Shown here in pieces: positions 32,706-45,111 of a stretch of 64,000 bases of DNA. The number at the start of each line of letters is the position of its first letter. Position 1 is the stretch's first letter. The stretch comes from Entomortierella parvispora E1425 (lineage: Eukaryota > Fungi > Mortierellomycota): assembly GCA_020891255.1 (NCBI GenBank), contig BQFW01000004.1, positions 310,001 to 374,000 on the forward strand, in the 5' to 3' direction. The notes beneath the pieces were generated by a model. It did not search any database, was not told the DNA's origin, and saw only the letters and a list, made by a program, of their open reading frames with translations. The translations under genes and the position numbers were made by a program.

Positions 32706-34181
32706 TACTATTGTACATACACAATTTCATTTGCATCCCAAGTGGTTAGTGCTTGGGTAATCGAAGATGATCAGAAGCAATTCGATGGGGTCTTCTTACA
32801 TGAAATGAGTATAGGCTATGACAGTGGGAGAAGGAAGTTCTTTTTTTTTTCAAGGTGGGCGGGGAGTACATGCTCTTTATAACAATCGCTCTGGACGGAA
32901 GGATAATGATGATGCCATTCTGTGTGGAAAATAATAGACGGGAACTGGCGGCAAGATTCAAGAAACAAGGGGGTGCAGGTAAGGGGGAGTAAACTGGTGG
33001 GGACTGCGTGCAGGAGTTTCAGGGCCACGCGTCAGACCACCGGCAGCCGGCAACCTGGCGCTTGTAACCAGCTGCTCATTGATTTTGTGACAGTGGCATT
33101 CTCTCCCCTCAACTAGCTGAGGAGAAAAGGAGTAGAGAAGGAGAAGGACGAAGGAGGCAGGATTAGAAGGGGCAACAGAGACAGGGCAAGAAATATTAGT
33201 GGGTGCGACAGATATCTGGCCCACTCAAAAGCGAGTAGGATGACACCGGGACCCGAGGTTCGAACATTGATGGATTTTCCTCGACTACGAGCTCTGTCTC
33301 TGCCTTTGTCAACATCGTTTTCTACTTTCAGATAGTTAAATCATCTTGACCGTCTTTGTCAATTATAGGCCGTTTGTCGAGCTCCTCCTGGTCATCCTGC
33401 ACAATATATGAAACACACGAGCTTTGCTGTGCAGGCCGATCTGGTCTTTTTCATTCTGGTCATCTTGCATCGAGGAACAAGAGACTCTTCAGTGCCGATC
33501 GTCCCTACATTTGAGAAACGGGACATGTTCTTGTTATTGAATGAAGCCTGGCTGAATTCGATATTTATACCACCCGCGTGCTTGCAAAGGCAATGAGAGA
33601 CAATGGCTTTAAACCACTGTCTTTGACAAACAGAGGAATCCTTGAGTCTGCAAAAAGCTCAGGACTTTGCACATCGTCTTTGACGGCGCCTGCCTGGACG
33701 ACAGTGCTTGAGATACCGCTGTGGCCATTCCAGGAGAGATTCGAGATCCAGCACGAGTATGACGGGCATCCAGTCGTTCGTAAGAGAGGTGCGGCCAGAG
33801 AGCCAGAGATTGAGGTGACTATCTGAATATTTGCCCAGCACAGGTCTCGTGGCATGTCCGGGGATGGCATTCAAACAAAGACAAACAAGCCAAAAAGGCA
33901 AGAGCAAATTAGCGTTGTGTCCGTGGTCACTCAGTATTTCAGGCACAGGGACCACTCAACACTGCACTGCACTCATCTGTGACGCAGATTTGCGTGCGGG
34001 GCAGTCGATTTAGTCACGTGAAAACACGCTGGCTCTGGCTCTGCACCGTCCCGAGGCGCTTGATCTTGCGCTTCATTCGAGACGAAGCGAGCCATCTCTT
34101 TCCATCCATCCCTTCTCTCCATTACAGCTCAGCTCTCCTCCCCTCTCTCCCCCTCTTCCTCTTCTCCTCATCCCCTACACA

Positions 34182-35436
34182 ATGTCCAACGTCCGCATCC
34201 TCGTCGCCTGCAAGCGTGTTGTCGACTATGCTGTCAAGATCCGCGTCAATGCCGCTGGCACTGCTGTCGAGACCGCCAACATTAAGCACTCCATGAACCC
34301 CTTTGACGAGATCGGAACCGAGCAGGCCATTCAGATCAAGGAGGCCCTCGCCAAGGCCAAGGGCAACGCTGAGGTCGTTGTCGTCTCTTGCGGCCCCGCC
34401 AAGGCTCAGGAGACCCTCAGAACCGCTCTTGCCATGGGTGCTGATCGGGCCATCCATGTCGAGACCAACGACGAGTTGCAGCCCTTGGCCGTCGCCAAGT
34501 TGTTGAAGGCCGTTGTTGAGAAGGAGAAGCCCAACTTGGTGATCTTAGGCAAGCAGGCTATCGATGACGACTCTAACCAGACTGGACAGATGCTCGCTGG
34601 TTTGTTGAACTGGCCCCAGGTAGGCAGATAGATACCTCTCTCTCTCTTTATGGTCTTCTTTTTCGTGTCCCAAAATGTTCTCACGGGAGTCCCGGGAGGA
34701 TGGTGTGACAGTCTTGGACGACGACGCCCACTCGGGACGGGGACACACAGGATGGAGCAGCAGCAGACGCAGACAGCAAAGAGGAAGCGACTCTCCAGGA
34801 AGGGCACCTTGTTGCTATGGGGTCGCATCACCATAGCGCCATGTCGACATCCATTTGGCTCGTGAATGCTCTGCTCAGTCGAGATTGCGGGGATCAGTCA
34901 TATTTAGGAATCAGCCCAGACGAAGAACTTACTCATCTGGAACCCTTTTTTTTGCTCCCCCCCCTTTCCTCCTCTTTTGCTAGGCCACCTTCGCCTCCAA
35001 GGTCGAGCTTACCGATGCCGCCATGACCGTCACCCGTGAGGTCGATGGAGGAGTCGAGACTATCAAGACCACTCTCCCCGCTGTTCTTACCACTGATCTT
35101 CGGTAAGGTTGCCCTTATAAACAATGACTGTGTGTCATGATCCCAATTACGGATGACAAACAAACAACTCTAACGCTTTTTTTTCTATTTGTTTTTGATG
35201 TTGCTCTATGGATGCTTCGTAGCCTCAACGTGCCCAGATACGCTTCCCTCCCTAACATCATGAAGGCCAAGAAGAAGCCTTTGGCCAAGTTCACTGTTGC
35301 TGATCTTGCCGTCGATATCAAGCCCCGCTTGGAGACCTTGAAGATTACCGAGCCCGCCAAGAGACAGGGAGGCAAGATCGTCGAGAGCGTCGATGACTTG
35401 TTGGACAAGCTCAAGAACGAGGCCAAGGTCTTGTAA
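34182..35436 (+). CDS. ETFB: Electron transfer flavoprotein beta subunit; join(34182..34619,34984..35102,35223..35436), 256 aa
   Basis: [45 protein letters not shown]|ATFAS, TTDLR|[18 protein letters not shown]. Two GT-AG introns restore the frame. Confidence 0.97.
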
Positions 35437-36175
35437 AGAAACAAAAAAGAGAATTCCATCCAACCAAGAAACATATCCCCCACACCATCCCCCGACTGCC
35501 GTCGCTCCTTTATCCACCATACAAATAAACTGCAGCTATTAGACACTGTATCCTCCTTTTTTTGCCCATGTTCTCAAAGGACAATGCCCGAAATGGCTTG
35601 CCGTGGTGGTACACTACCCGCCTTTTGTAGCACAGGGCGCTGTGAACAGAAATCATATATGGACTGTCTCTAGGTTCACTAGGCCTTCATAGGTCGCGCC
35701 ACAAGGACGATGCTGGATAATGGTGCCCTTGATAACCCAATAAGTGCTGAATGCTCCGATGGCTATAATGCACGCTAACTATCCTCGAACCTTGCAGCAG
35801 GGGTCGAACGTCCCAGTCTTAAAAATCCTTGCACCAAACGCAGACTGAGAATCAAAAACTCACTTTTTGATATTCGAATGGTGGATGGATATCGTCGCTT
35901 TCAAAAGTCGTTCGACAGCTCAACGACACAATCATAGTATCATACCGACCATGCAGATTGGCTACGCATCATCCTAGGGAGACTCACTTTTCACTTTAGT
36001 TCGTACTTTCTCACAGGTTCTCGCAACACACTTTTTTTTTTTTTTATTCTTTCGCCTAAATACATGGGACGTGGCCTGCACGTTAGATTTTTCATCGATG
36101 CTCACACCCGTCGTCATCGAGACACGCGGTTTGAATACAGAGAGGAGGAAGGGAATGAACAGGGAAGCAATCCAC

Positions 36176-37366
36176 TTAATGCTTGAGAGGAGCGATTCCA
36201 ATGGAAGGCGACGAGGTCTGGGAGAAGACGCAGTAGTTGTTCTTGATGAAAACATCTCCCAAGATCCAAAGACCGTCCTGACCACCCTGGACACCCGAGA
36301 AGCAGTTGCCGGAACCATCTCCGAGATCCTCGTAGGCCAAATCGGCCACTGGGACGTTGAAGGTGACACCACCCAGTTTGAATCCAACATTGGCAGTGCT
36401 GGAGGCGGCCGAGCAAGGCACCAACCAACCGTTGTTGGGGTCGTTGGTCGAGCCGGGAATCTTGGCGTGGATGGCAGCAGCAGCAGCATCACCGACAATG
36501 ATCAAGGTCGTACCGGTGTCAACAATACCCTGAGAGGTCTGCTTGAGCGAAACGCCGTTGAAGGAAGCATCCTGGACCAAGATCTGCCAGTAACCCTCCT
36601 GGGTGACGGGAACGTAGGTCAAAGAGCCAGTGTACTTGGTAGAGTCAATACCGCCAAAGAGGTAGGCACCTCCCTGCCCGTTGAAGAGACGCTCTGAGGG
36701 CAAGAAGACAGACACTACGGGCTGGGCCAAGACACCAGCAGAGATGGCATTGTCCAAGAAGGTCTTGACACCCGAGACGGACTCGATGGTGTCAAAGCCA
36801 AGACCGAAAAGACCGTCCTCGGGGGAGGAACCGAACTGGGAGGATTCCTTGGTGGCCAAACCGATGGTCTGACGGACAGAGATGCCTCCGACAGAGACCA
36901 GGTCGGAACCGAGGATACCCGAGGCCGAGGAGCCATCACCATAGGAGATGGACCACTTGCGACCATCGGCCTGATAAGTCGAGGACTTTGCCGAGTTGAA
37001 GCGCGTGTGGGCCGTGCAAGCGCTGGTGGTGCAGGTGCTGGAAGGAAACCAAATATCCGACGATCCAGTGTCAAAGTCCAGCTTGAAGACCTGAGCAGGG
37101 GTTCCGACATTGACGGATCCGTAGTACTCGAGATCGGGGCTGACATCAGTCAAGGGGACGCTTCCGGTGGAGCCAGCAGCCTTGATCTGGAGCTGAGGGT
37201 AACGAGCATTCAGCTTGCGGATCTGGGCTGGGGTGTTGTGTCTAAAGTTCTCGCGACGGGTCAAGGGGACAGCATGACCATCGGGATGGGGGCGTCTGGC
37301 CACAGGGGTGGCCTCGGAGACAGCGAGGACGGCGACGGCCAAGGAAAGAAGAGCGGTGATCTTCAT
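36176..37366 (-). CDS. Secreted aspartic protease, copy 5 (396 aa, intronless)
   Basis: Signal peptide, both DTG motifs intact. TATA at 37457-37463. Confidence 0.97.
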   Translation of the reverse strand: MKITALLSLAVAVLAVSEATPVARRPHPDGHAVPLTRRENFRHNTPAQIRKLNARYPQLQIKAAGSTGSVPLTDVSPDLEYYGSVNVGTPAQVFKLDFDTGSSDIWFPSSTCTTSACTAHTRFNSAKSSTYQADGRKWSISYGDGSSASGILGSDLVSVGGISVRQTIGLATKESSQFGSSPEDGLFGLGFDTIESVSGVKTFLDNAISAGVLAQPVVSVFLPSERLFNGQGGAYLFGGIDSTKYTGSLTYVPVTQEGYWQILVQDASFNGVSLKQTSQGIVDTGTTLIIVGDAAAAAIHAKIPGSTNDPNNGWLVPCSAASSTANVGFKLGGVTFNVPVADLAYEDLGDGSGNCFSGVQGGQDGLWILGDVFIKNNYCVFSQTSSPSIGIAPLKH

Positions 37367-39249
37367 TTTCGGAGGGGTTTGGAGGGTAAGAAGGAGAGAG
37401 TTGAAGAGGGGTGGTGAACAAGAAAAGAATAGAAAAAAGGCATCCTTGGTCGTTGCTTTTATAGCGAAAAAGTGGTATGCCGGAACATCGTCTGGACCCT
37501 TTTTACCATTATAAATGGAGGCGTGCTCCAGTGTTTTTCAAACTTGACCACAATCCTCATTGGCGATCGAGACGCGTGTGGAAGACCGGTGGCGAACTAA
37601 GGGGATGTTATTGCCATTGAAAAGAAAACTGAATGACGAGTGGAGGCGCCAATGGGAGAAAGAATCACGCAGTGGTTGTGGTCAACGAAACAAAAAAAAA
37701 GAACATTCATTCGAAGACAAGAAGAGAGCTTCAGAGGGTGCCCTTGCTGCAAACTAAGCTAGAGCTGTCCGTGTGAAACACACGCTTGACCCAGAATGTC
37801 CAATGGGACAACAACAGACAGAAATGGAGCAAAATTGCCCATGTCCCGGGTTTGTTGATAACATTTTTTTTTCAGAACGAGGTCCCTGAGAAACGGGGAA
37901 AAAAAGCCCAGGCAACAGAAATGAGCCTAGGCTCGGAAACCAACAAGAACAATGGTCATTACGAGCAAAGAGCAACAACAAACAACTACCAAACCTTGTT
38001 AACGGCCGCGTCAGGGGTAAGTTTTTGTTGTTTTTTCCAGGGCCACCGAGGCTCTGGTGAGCGAGGACACGCAGCGGGGAACGCGAAATGGAGTGAGCCT
38101 CGGTGCAATTGGTTGTGTCAAAGACAGCAGGGTTCGAGGCTTGCTTGAAGTTGCAGAGGAGGATGCAGGGGGGAAGAGTCATCTTCGAGTGGTAGTACAA
38201 AGGCATGTTTTTCCGCTGCATGCACGCCGGGAAGCTCGTCACGAGAGATCTGTCATGGTGGGTAATTGTCCTATTGGTACCTTTTTTGGCCACGGCTGAC
38301 CAGGCACAACCCCCATCGATTCTTGGTCAAAGGCTCATTAAGATGAGCTGATGAGCTGCCTTATGTACATAAGGAAACATGGGTATATATATGTGTGTGT
38401 GAATGAGTGTACCGCCTTCCGAGAGTCGTTTAGAGCGTGCACAACCGTCCCTGTCTGAACAATGAGTGATAAATGAGAGTTCAATGGTCAATGACAAGCG
38501 TGTCTGGTTTTCACACGCTCATTTACACTATAATGGAACAACTGCGCCTTGATCCAAAAAGCCGAGAGAGGGGGAGAAAGAGATGTCATTGAGTTGAACA
38601 GAAAACCGAGGAGTGGCCAACAATGTTCGCATCCGTGTGATTCGAGTCCATGGCTACCACAACAACAAAACGGCCAAAATGTGAGAATATCGAAACGTGT
38701 GCCTCTATTCATCTCCATTTGAAGGGAAACTATAGTAATGGACACAGGCCCTTCCCACAAACAAATGAGCTCACAACGCTGATGAGAACGAGTAAACATA
38801 CATGTCCCTGTCAAAGGCAGAAAAAAGCAGGACAGAGAAAAGAGGTCATGGCAGACGATTGCAGAATGTAGGCTGATTGTTGTTTGCTGTTACCCAAAAA
38901 AACCTAGAACAGGTGTAATTTGGACGAGATGGACAAACCCTGGCTGCTTATTGTTTGCGTTTTTACCGAAGAGTCATGGGAAAATGCAATGCTGAAAGTG
39001 AGTGTTGGAGTAGAAATGTCGGGGGAAAGGACAAAGAGAGACCAGCTTGCAGGGGTACAATGCAGGGTCTGAGACTACGACAGAAAAAGGCTCTTTTTTT
39101 TTTTTTTTTTTTTTTGTTGTACCTTTTTGGTTGCAAGAGACCCTGTGCCTAGACCATGGTGCCATAGTGGCCTGATCTAAGACGCGTCTCTGGCTGGTAC
39201 TGTCCTATTGTTGATTTTGAGATATTGTAGACTTGGTTTATTGGTGTCA

Positions 39250-40499
39250 TCAGAGCTCTAATGGGGAGAAGGAGTATTCTGTATACATCCACTTGCGCTC
39301 GGCCGCAGGGATGAGAAACTGCATCTTCATAAACGCGTTGTCGTCGATCAAGATCGTGGCCTTCTGAGCAACCTGACACGCCCTCAAGGCGTGCAGAACA
39401 TGCACAAAGTTATAACTAGACTCGATTGGACGATCGTACGGAAACTGGAAAGACTCCAACACGTCCCCTAGAGAATAGTTCACATCTAGATTCTCAATTG
39501 TTCCAAGACTTGAGATACGAAGATGAGGTATCACCGTTGACAAACGCATCACCACTCGGTCGCTTGTGGCATCCAAATCACGCAATCCCTCTTCTAGCCA
39601 TTCAGACTGTTATTATAGACGGCGCGTTAGCTATAGCTCAAAGTGCCAACTCGATACCTCAGAGTAAGCTTTACCTTTAGGATAATCTTGGCGTGAGAGT
39701 CCTCGTTGAAATCAAACAGCATTGACTCTTCGCTGTCGCAAGTGGGGATACGACATGTGGTGACGATACCGTCGTCCTCGAGTCTAGGAAAGAATAAAGA
39801 ATAGAGAATGTATGAGATTTTCATGAAGTCCTACACGCGACAAAGCTATCAAAGCCACAGAACTTACACAAAGTTGAGTGTTGTGCCTGGTCCATCGTAG
39901 GTTATTTTGACAGCGGTTGTGGATCCACTTGCCCCATGTCCGCTGTACCCCTGCCCCTCATACCCAGTCGGGACGTTTGCGGTCCCGAAAGTATTCAGAC
40001 AAGTCAGTAAGATTGCCAAGTTGACCTCAAACACAACAGAACCCTCTTCATCATACGCCTCTCGGCCAGGGCCCTGTATATCCTCGGTAAGGCCCACCGG
40101 TGATTCGTACGTGTACTCCTCAAAAACAGAGTGAGTGATAATACACTTTGCAAACACACAACGTGACTCTTCCAGAAGAAAAGAGATGCCGAGCTCTGAT
40201 ATTTTACAGCTTGCAGTCTAGAAGGGTAGTGAGGCGATCCACTAATCAGTGGACGAGTTTGGGATTTGAACAAAAAGGGGCCATAGATCCGAGAGACTTG
40301 CTTACGTCTTTGAAATGGACAGACTTCAAAAGTGTTGATAGGTTTCGAACGTTCTTCAGATAAGCCGAGAACTTGCTACAGATATTGGTGGCGGCAGACC
40401 AAACGAATGAATGGAGTCAGTCATGAGAGCCGCAAATGCTGATTGTTGATCATGTCGATGACTGTACCATTTGAAGGGTTCCTGTTCTTGGCGCTGCAT
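39250..40499 (-). CDS. RAD1: 9-1-1 checkpoint clamp subunit Rad1/Rec1 (multi-exon)
   Basis: Spliced fragments MQRQEQEPFKC-KFSAYLKNVRNLSTLLKSVHFKD, AKCIITHSVFEEY, FEVNLAILLTCLNTFG, LEDDGIVTTCRIPT, and C-terminal IDDNAFMKMQFLI. Internal exon borders not all resolved. Confidence 0.88.
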
Positions 40500-41045
40500 G
40501 GCTTATGAGGAAGGGTATGATGCAGCCAGACTTAGAATGAGGACAGGGGAATGGAATGGCAAGAAGAGCGAGAAGGAAGAAGTGATGGATGAATAACAAG
40601 AAATGCCGCGCTCAGGGCCAATGCATGAATTGCCACTTTGTCGGAAAATGGTGGCAAAGTTGATCACGTGAGACTTCACGTGGCATGAACATGGGTCGGG
40701 GTCGTGACTGCGCCTGCACACCATGCACTTGCATGAATGAACTGGAAAGAAAAGAGCCATTGGACAATGGCAAATGAAGAGAACCCTTGCTTCCTCCTTG
40801 TCCTTCACTTACTGCACCGCACCTTGGAACCCCCTTTTTCGATCACCCTTTTTTCTCTCTTTTCCCCAAAACCTAGCACTCTGACGCAACCCTGCCGTCT
40901 CGCTCTCGCTCTCTCTCAACCACCCGCGAAATATTTGTGAAACAAAGAGGCAACTCACGCACTCTCGCACCCAGCTATCTCTCTTCCCTTCCTCTTCCTT
41001 TCACGCATCCAGGAAACAAGGCAGAGACCATACCAAACAGGATCC

Positions 41046-44000
41046 ATGGCCTCGTCCAACATACCATCACGCAACCAGCGCACCTGGAGGAGTCCGGCCA
41101 GGCCTAGCGCGGGCCAACCCTCGAGCTCGCGCATGGCCGGCAGCCTCTTCTATTCTGTGCCCACGATCGACCACGATGACGATGACGACCACAACGACCA
41201 CGATGCCGACCTCCAACAGTATGATCCCAGAAGGCGCAGCGACACCCGTCCGCCACAGAACGAGTCTTATATGCCCGACTACTTGTCCGACACTGATTCT
41301 GACGACAGGGACCATTCAGACTCAAGTACACATTCACCTCCAATGTCGCTCTTTCTGGACAGGACCCATCAGCACATTGAAGATGACGAGGCCCCATTGG
41401 TAAGCTACGAATGACGCAAAGACGTGAAGGTCGTCTTTGAAACTGTGCAAGAACAATGGAGGCTCAGTGCCTTGCTCTCATTTCGTTTGACTCCGTCGCA
41501 CTTTTGGCTTTGGGCGCAGGCGACAGACCGTGGTGGAGAGACATCGGACCACGTAACTCGGTTTGACTCCGCTCTGTTCCCCTCGTTCCCATTGCCACTA
41601 AGCAGGAGCTGTGCGCTGTGCGGTGCAAGTTGCGGTGGATGCTGTGTGTACGACAGTGGCTAACGGAACATGCAATCTCTTTTTTTTTTTTTCCTTTGTG
41701 GCAGACTCCCGCAGCAATCTACCTCGATGTACCACCACCTGTCTCCGCCTCAAGGCCAAAAGGGAGCGGGAACATGGGGGAACAGCTCCTGGCTCCAACG
41801 ACAACGGTATGTTTTTCTTCAAATGACTCCATCTTGACGGACCATGACGCAAGAATGCCCAAAACGGGAACTGACTGTGCAGATGCTTTGCCACCGATTT
41901 GCTTGGATAGATCCCCTCTTCAGGACCAACAGGATGGACCTCGATATCATACAAGCGAAACTTTAAGGACCCGTTCTTTGCCGTCCTCTATCTGCTAGCC
42001 TTGGCCTCGTACCTCATCCTTGGCATCGTGCTCCTCTTCACCACCAGCGTAAGAACCCCCTCACCTTCTGGTTGAGTACAAAACCTTGTGACCTGAGTGA
42101 ACCTTGGCATTAACTTTATCGAATCTCTTTTGGCTCAAAAAGTCCTCTCCGCTAGAAGGCCATATATACAACGTGTTCTCAGTCATAAAGTCCAGCGCAG
42201 GTGAGATTCTAGACATCAGCGCAGTGGCCACCCTTTGACTTGCTTCAAGCACAACAAAAACTAATTATAGTATGGTCTTTTTGTTAGGAATGCTGACGTT
42301 TGTGGTTCTGTTGTCGGCTGCGCTCGGGACCCTGTGGCTGATGACTTTGCGGGCATTTACTAGGGTAACTGTTGGATCGAAATGCGCTCTCAGGAGACAA
42401 AGTGATAGCGGCACTAACCAAATGCATCCTTCCTTCTCATTACTAGCCTGTCGTATGGGCTACAGTACTGTCAGTACCGTGCTTTGCCCTCGTTATATTT
42501 ATTTGGTCATTGGTGGAGTCGTTCCAGGGACCAAAGGGGGACGACGGAAGACGGGATCCCCAGGACACAGGATTGACAGTGCTATCATTCTTGCCCTTGA
42601 GTATCGGATCTCTCTTCTTGAGTGTCATTTATTTTCGTCGTCAGTATATCGCTCGAACTACGGCGATCATTGAGGTATTTGCTTACTGTTGACGTGACCC
42701 ATGCAATTGACCCTCGTGACCCTCAAATCATGAGTTAACCATCTCTTCATTTTATCCTTAGCTTGCATGTGATATTCTGAAAGACAACCCAGACATGTTT
42801 TTCGTTTCTTTCGGACTGATGCTCGTCCATGTGGTATTTACAGCACTCTGGCTTGTTTTCTTTGCCAGGGTCTTTTTGATCGGACATGTAGAGTCAACCC
42901 TCGGATCAGGTATGCAATTAGAATGGATCACATCCTTTTTTCATTTTAATTCATAGGGAATGGCATGGCCTGATCTGATCTAAATCTTTCGTTCCTTCAT
43001 TGCTCTTGTAGCCACCTGGGTCATGGAAGACAACTTCTATCCGATCGCGGCGTTTATGATTTTCATTTATATGTGGACCTCAGCTGTCCTCTGCAATATC
43101 CAAAGGGTGACACTTGCGAATGTAGTCTCCAAGTGGTACTTCCACAGGTAATTGGGCCTCCTTCAGCATCACTGCATTCTAACACTGTGAGTTCTGTTAT
43201 TGACACCCTTTCTGTGTTTCTTCAAGGCATGAGCCTTTCGCCTACCATAGCTCAAAGATCACTGAGCCGGCACTTATAAATGCGACAACAACCTTGCTTG
43301 GATCTGTTTGTTTCGGAGCTCTTTTCATCGCTATTGTCCAGTTTATGGTGTTTGCTCTACGAAACACAGCAAAGGTATGACTTCTCAACTTTTATGGATA
43401 CATGGACGGGACTTCTCAAAACGAAGATACGACACTCATACTCACACTTCATCAATTCCTGGATATAGAAATTGAAAGGGCACTCCTTCCCTTTGTTTGT
43501 ACTCCTTGCGACATTCTGTCAAGTCGTTCAAGGACTAGTTGAAAACTTCAACAACTACACTTTGATTTACGTTGGGATCACAGGAGAAAGTTTGTTTTCG
43601 GCGGCCCGATCAGCCAGCAAAATCTTTCACAGGAATCTACTTTGGGGATTATTGTCAGGTAATGGGATGATGCACCCTCTTTAGACCGAGAAATGTACCA
43701 ACGGCGGCTAACTGCTGACTCTACTTTTCTACCACCTCTTTGTAGACTTTCTGACAAAGTTGATCCTCTTTATAAACTCGACTCTTCTCTCGCTGTTGAC
43801 CGGATTCGCAGCTTACGTGTTCGCCACCCACACGCTAAAGTCGCCTTATGGATACGTTATTGGTATTCTCTGCAGTGTGATTCCTTTCTATGTGACGAGG
43901 TTCTTCACTCATATCATGGCTATCACGTAAGAATGAAGCTTCCACAAAGATACCTGCGTTTCTTGCTGTCCCTTGTTCTAACAATTCTTATCTTGCGATT

Positions 44001-44098
44001 GTAGGGTGGATGCGACTTTCCTCTGCTACGCCATTGATCTAGACACCAACACCTGTCACTCTAACAAAGCTCATAGCGCGTTCGGAACATCTCATTAA
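41046..44098 (+). CDS. Choline transporter-like (CTL/PNS1 family) membrane protein, many short exons
   Basis: Spliced motifs YKRNFKDPFFAVLYLLALASYLILG and terminal VDATFLCYAIDLD...FGTSH*, multiple GT-AG introns and hydrophobic exons. Exon borders are partly approximate. Confidence 0.8.
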
Positions 44099-45111
44099 AC
44101 CATTACTTTTGTATCATTACTCAATCACTGGTGAACAAACATAGCCATGATTGATTCAAAACTGCAGGCTCTTGCATAGCTAGAACATCGTGTGGGAATA
44201 TCGTACGCCACCCAACAGAATACTGTGGAGTGAAGAAAGAACACGATCTGCAGGACCCACATAGTGTGTATTTTGCAACAATGACATTCCTCTTTGGCAA
44301 TGATCAGGGGGGGCGAAACCAACAATGCAATGGTTGGTCTGCATTTTTTTTTATTCTCGCGGGAACAGGTGCAAGAAATACGTGTGCAAAACAATAACGA
44401 TACAGGGAATCGATAAACCACAGCGCGCGACATGGGAACTGTATGTAGCTGCAGCAAACAATAGCGGGTGTGCTTTGGTGAAAGAAGTAAAATGGTGCAA
44501 CGGTTGCTTTTTTTTTTTTTTTTTGTGAAGACCCTCGTTTTCCTATTGTTTCTAGCTGACCGTCTTGCATTCAGACCATTTTTTGTTTCTTTCGTGTCAA
44601 TCGATCGCGTTAAAATCATTGTCGAGAAAGTGGCAGACCCTTGAGGTTATTCTTTTCAAACTTTCAGCGAGGATAACAACACCGTAATGGCTTCCGCAAA
44701 TAACAGTGAGGCAGTATGGACAGAGTGCAAAAGAGGAGCAAATGGTTGCTCGCCCCCTGTCTCTCTTTGCCCTTGCCTCTCTGTGAAACTTTCTCTACCC
44801 TGCGTTGATCGGTACAGGCCTGCTCATCCCGCCGTTAGTAAACTTTGTGCTCCACACAAACCGTCGTCTCTCCCTATTGTTTTGAGAACATGACGGAACT
44901 GCCCCAGAGGAGCGTCAAGGTAGTTATATAAACCTGGCAAAGGGTCGCTGGTCCCGCTGTCGCCCTTCTTCCGTCCAGACAAATACACACAGCCTACCTT
45001 TTTCATCTACCTTTGCCCAACAGCCGCGCTGCTTTGCATTGCTTTTTGCTTTGCTTTCCCATCTTCACTGTACCGAGTTGAACTTTTCCACACATCTGCG
45101 TGACGCCTGAC

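Noticed and set aside
33245-33275. tRNA-like GGTTCGAA T-loop motifs (also near 16927, 38130, 52739)
   Set aside because: No cloverleaf stems or A-box at the proper spacing.
33240-33950. Possible coding remnant on the minus strand between the I36-like gene and ETFB
   Set aside because: Short acidic frames only, with no consistent exon chain or recognisable motif.
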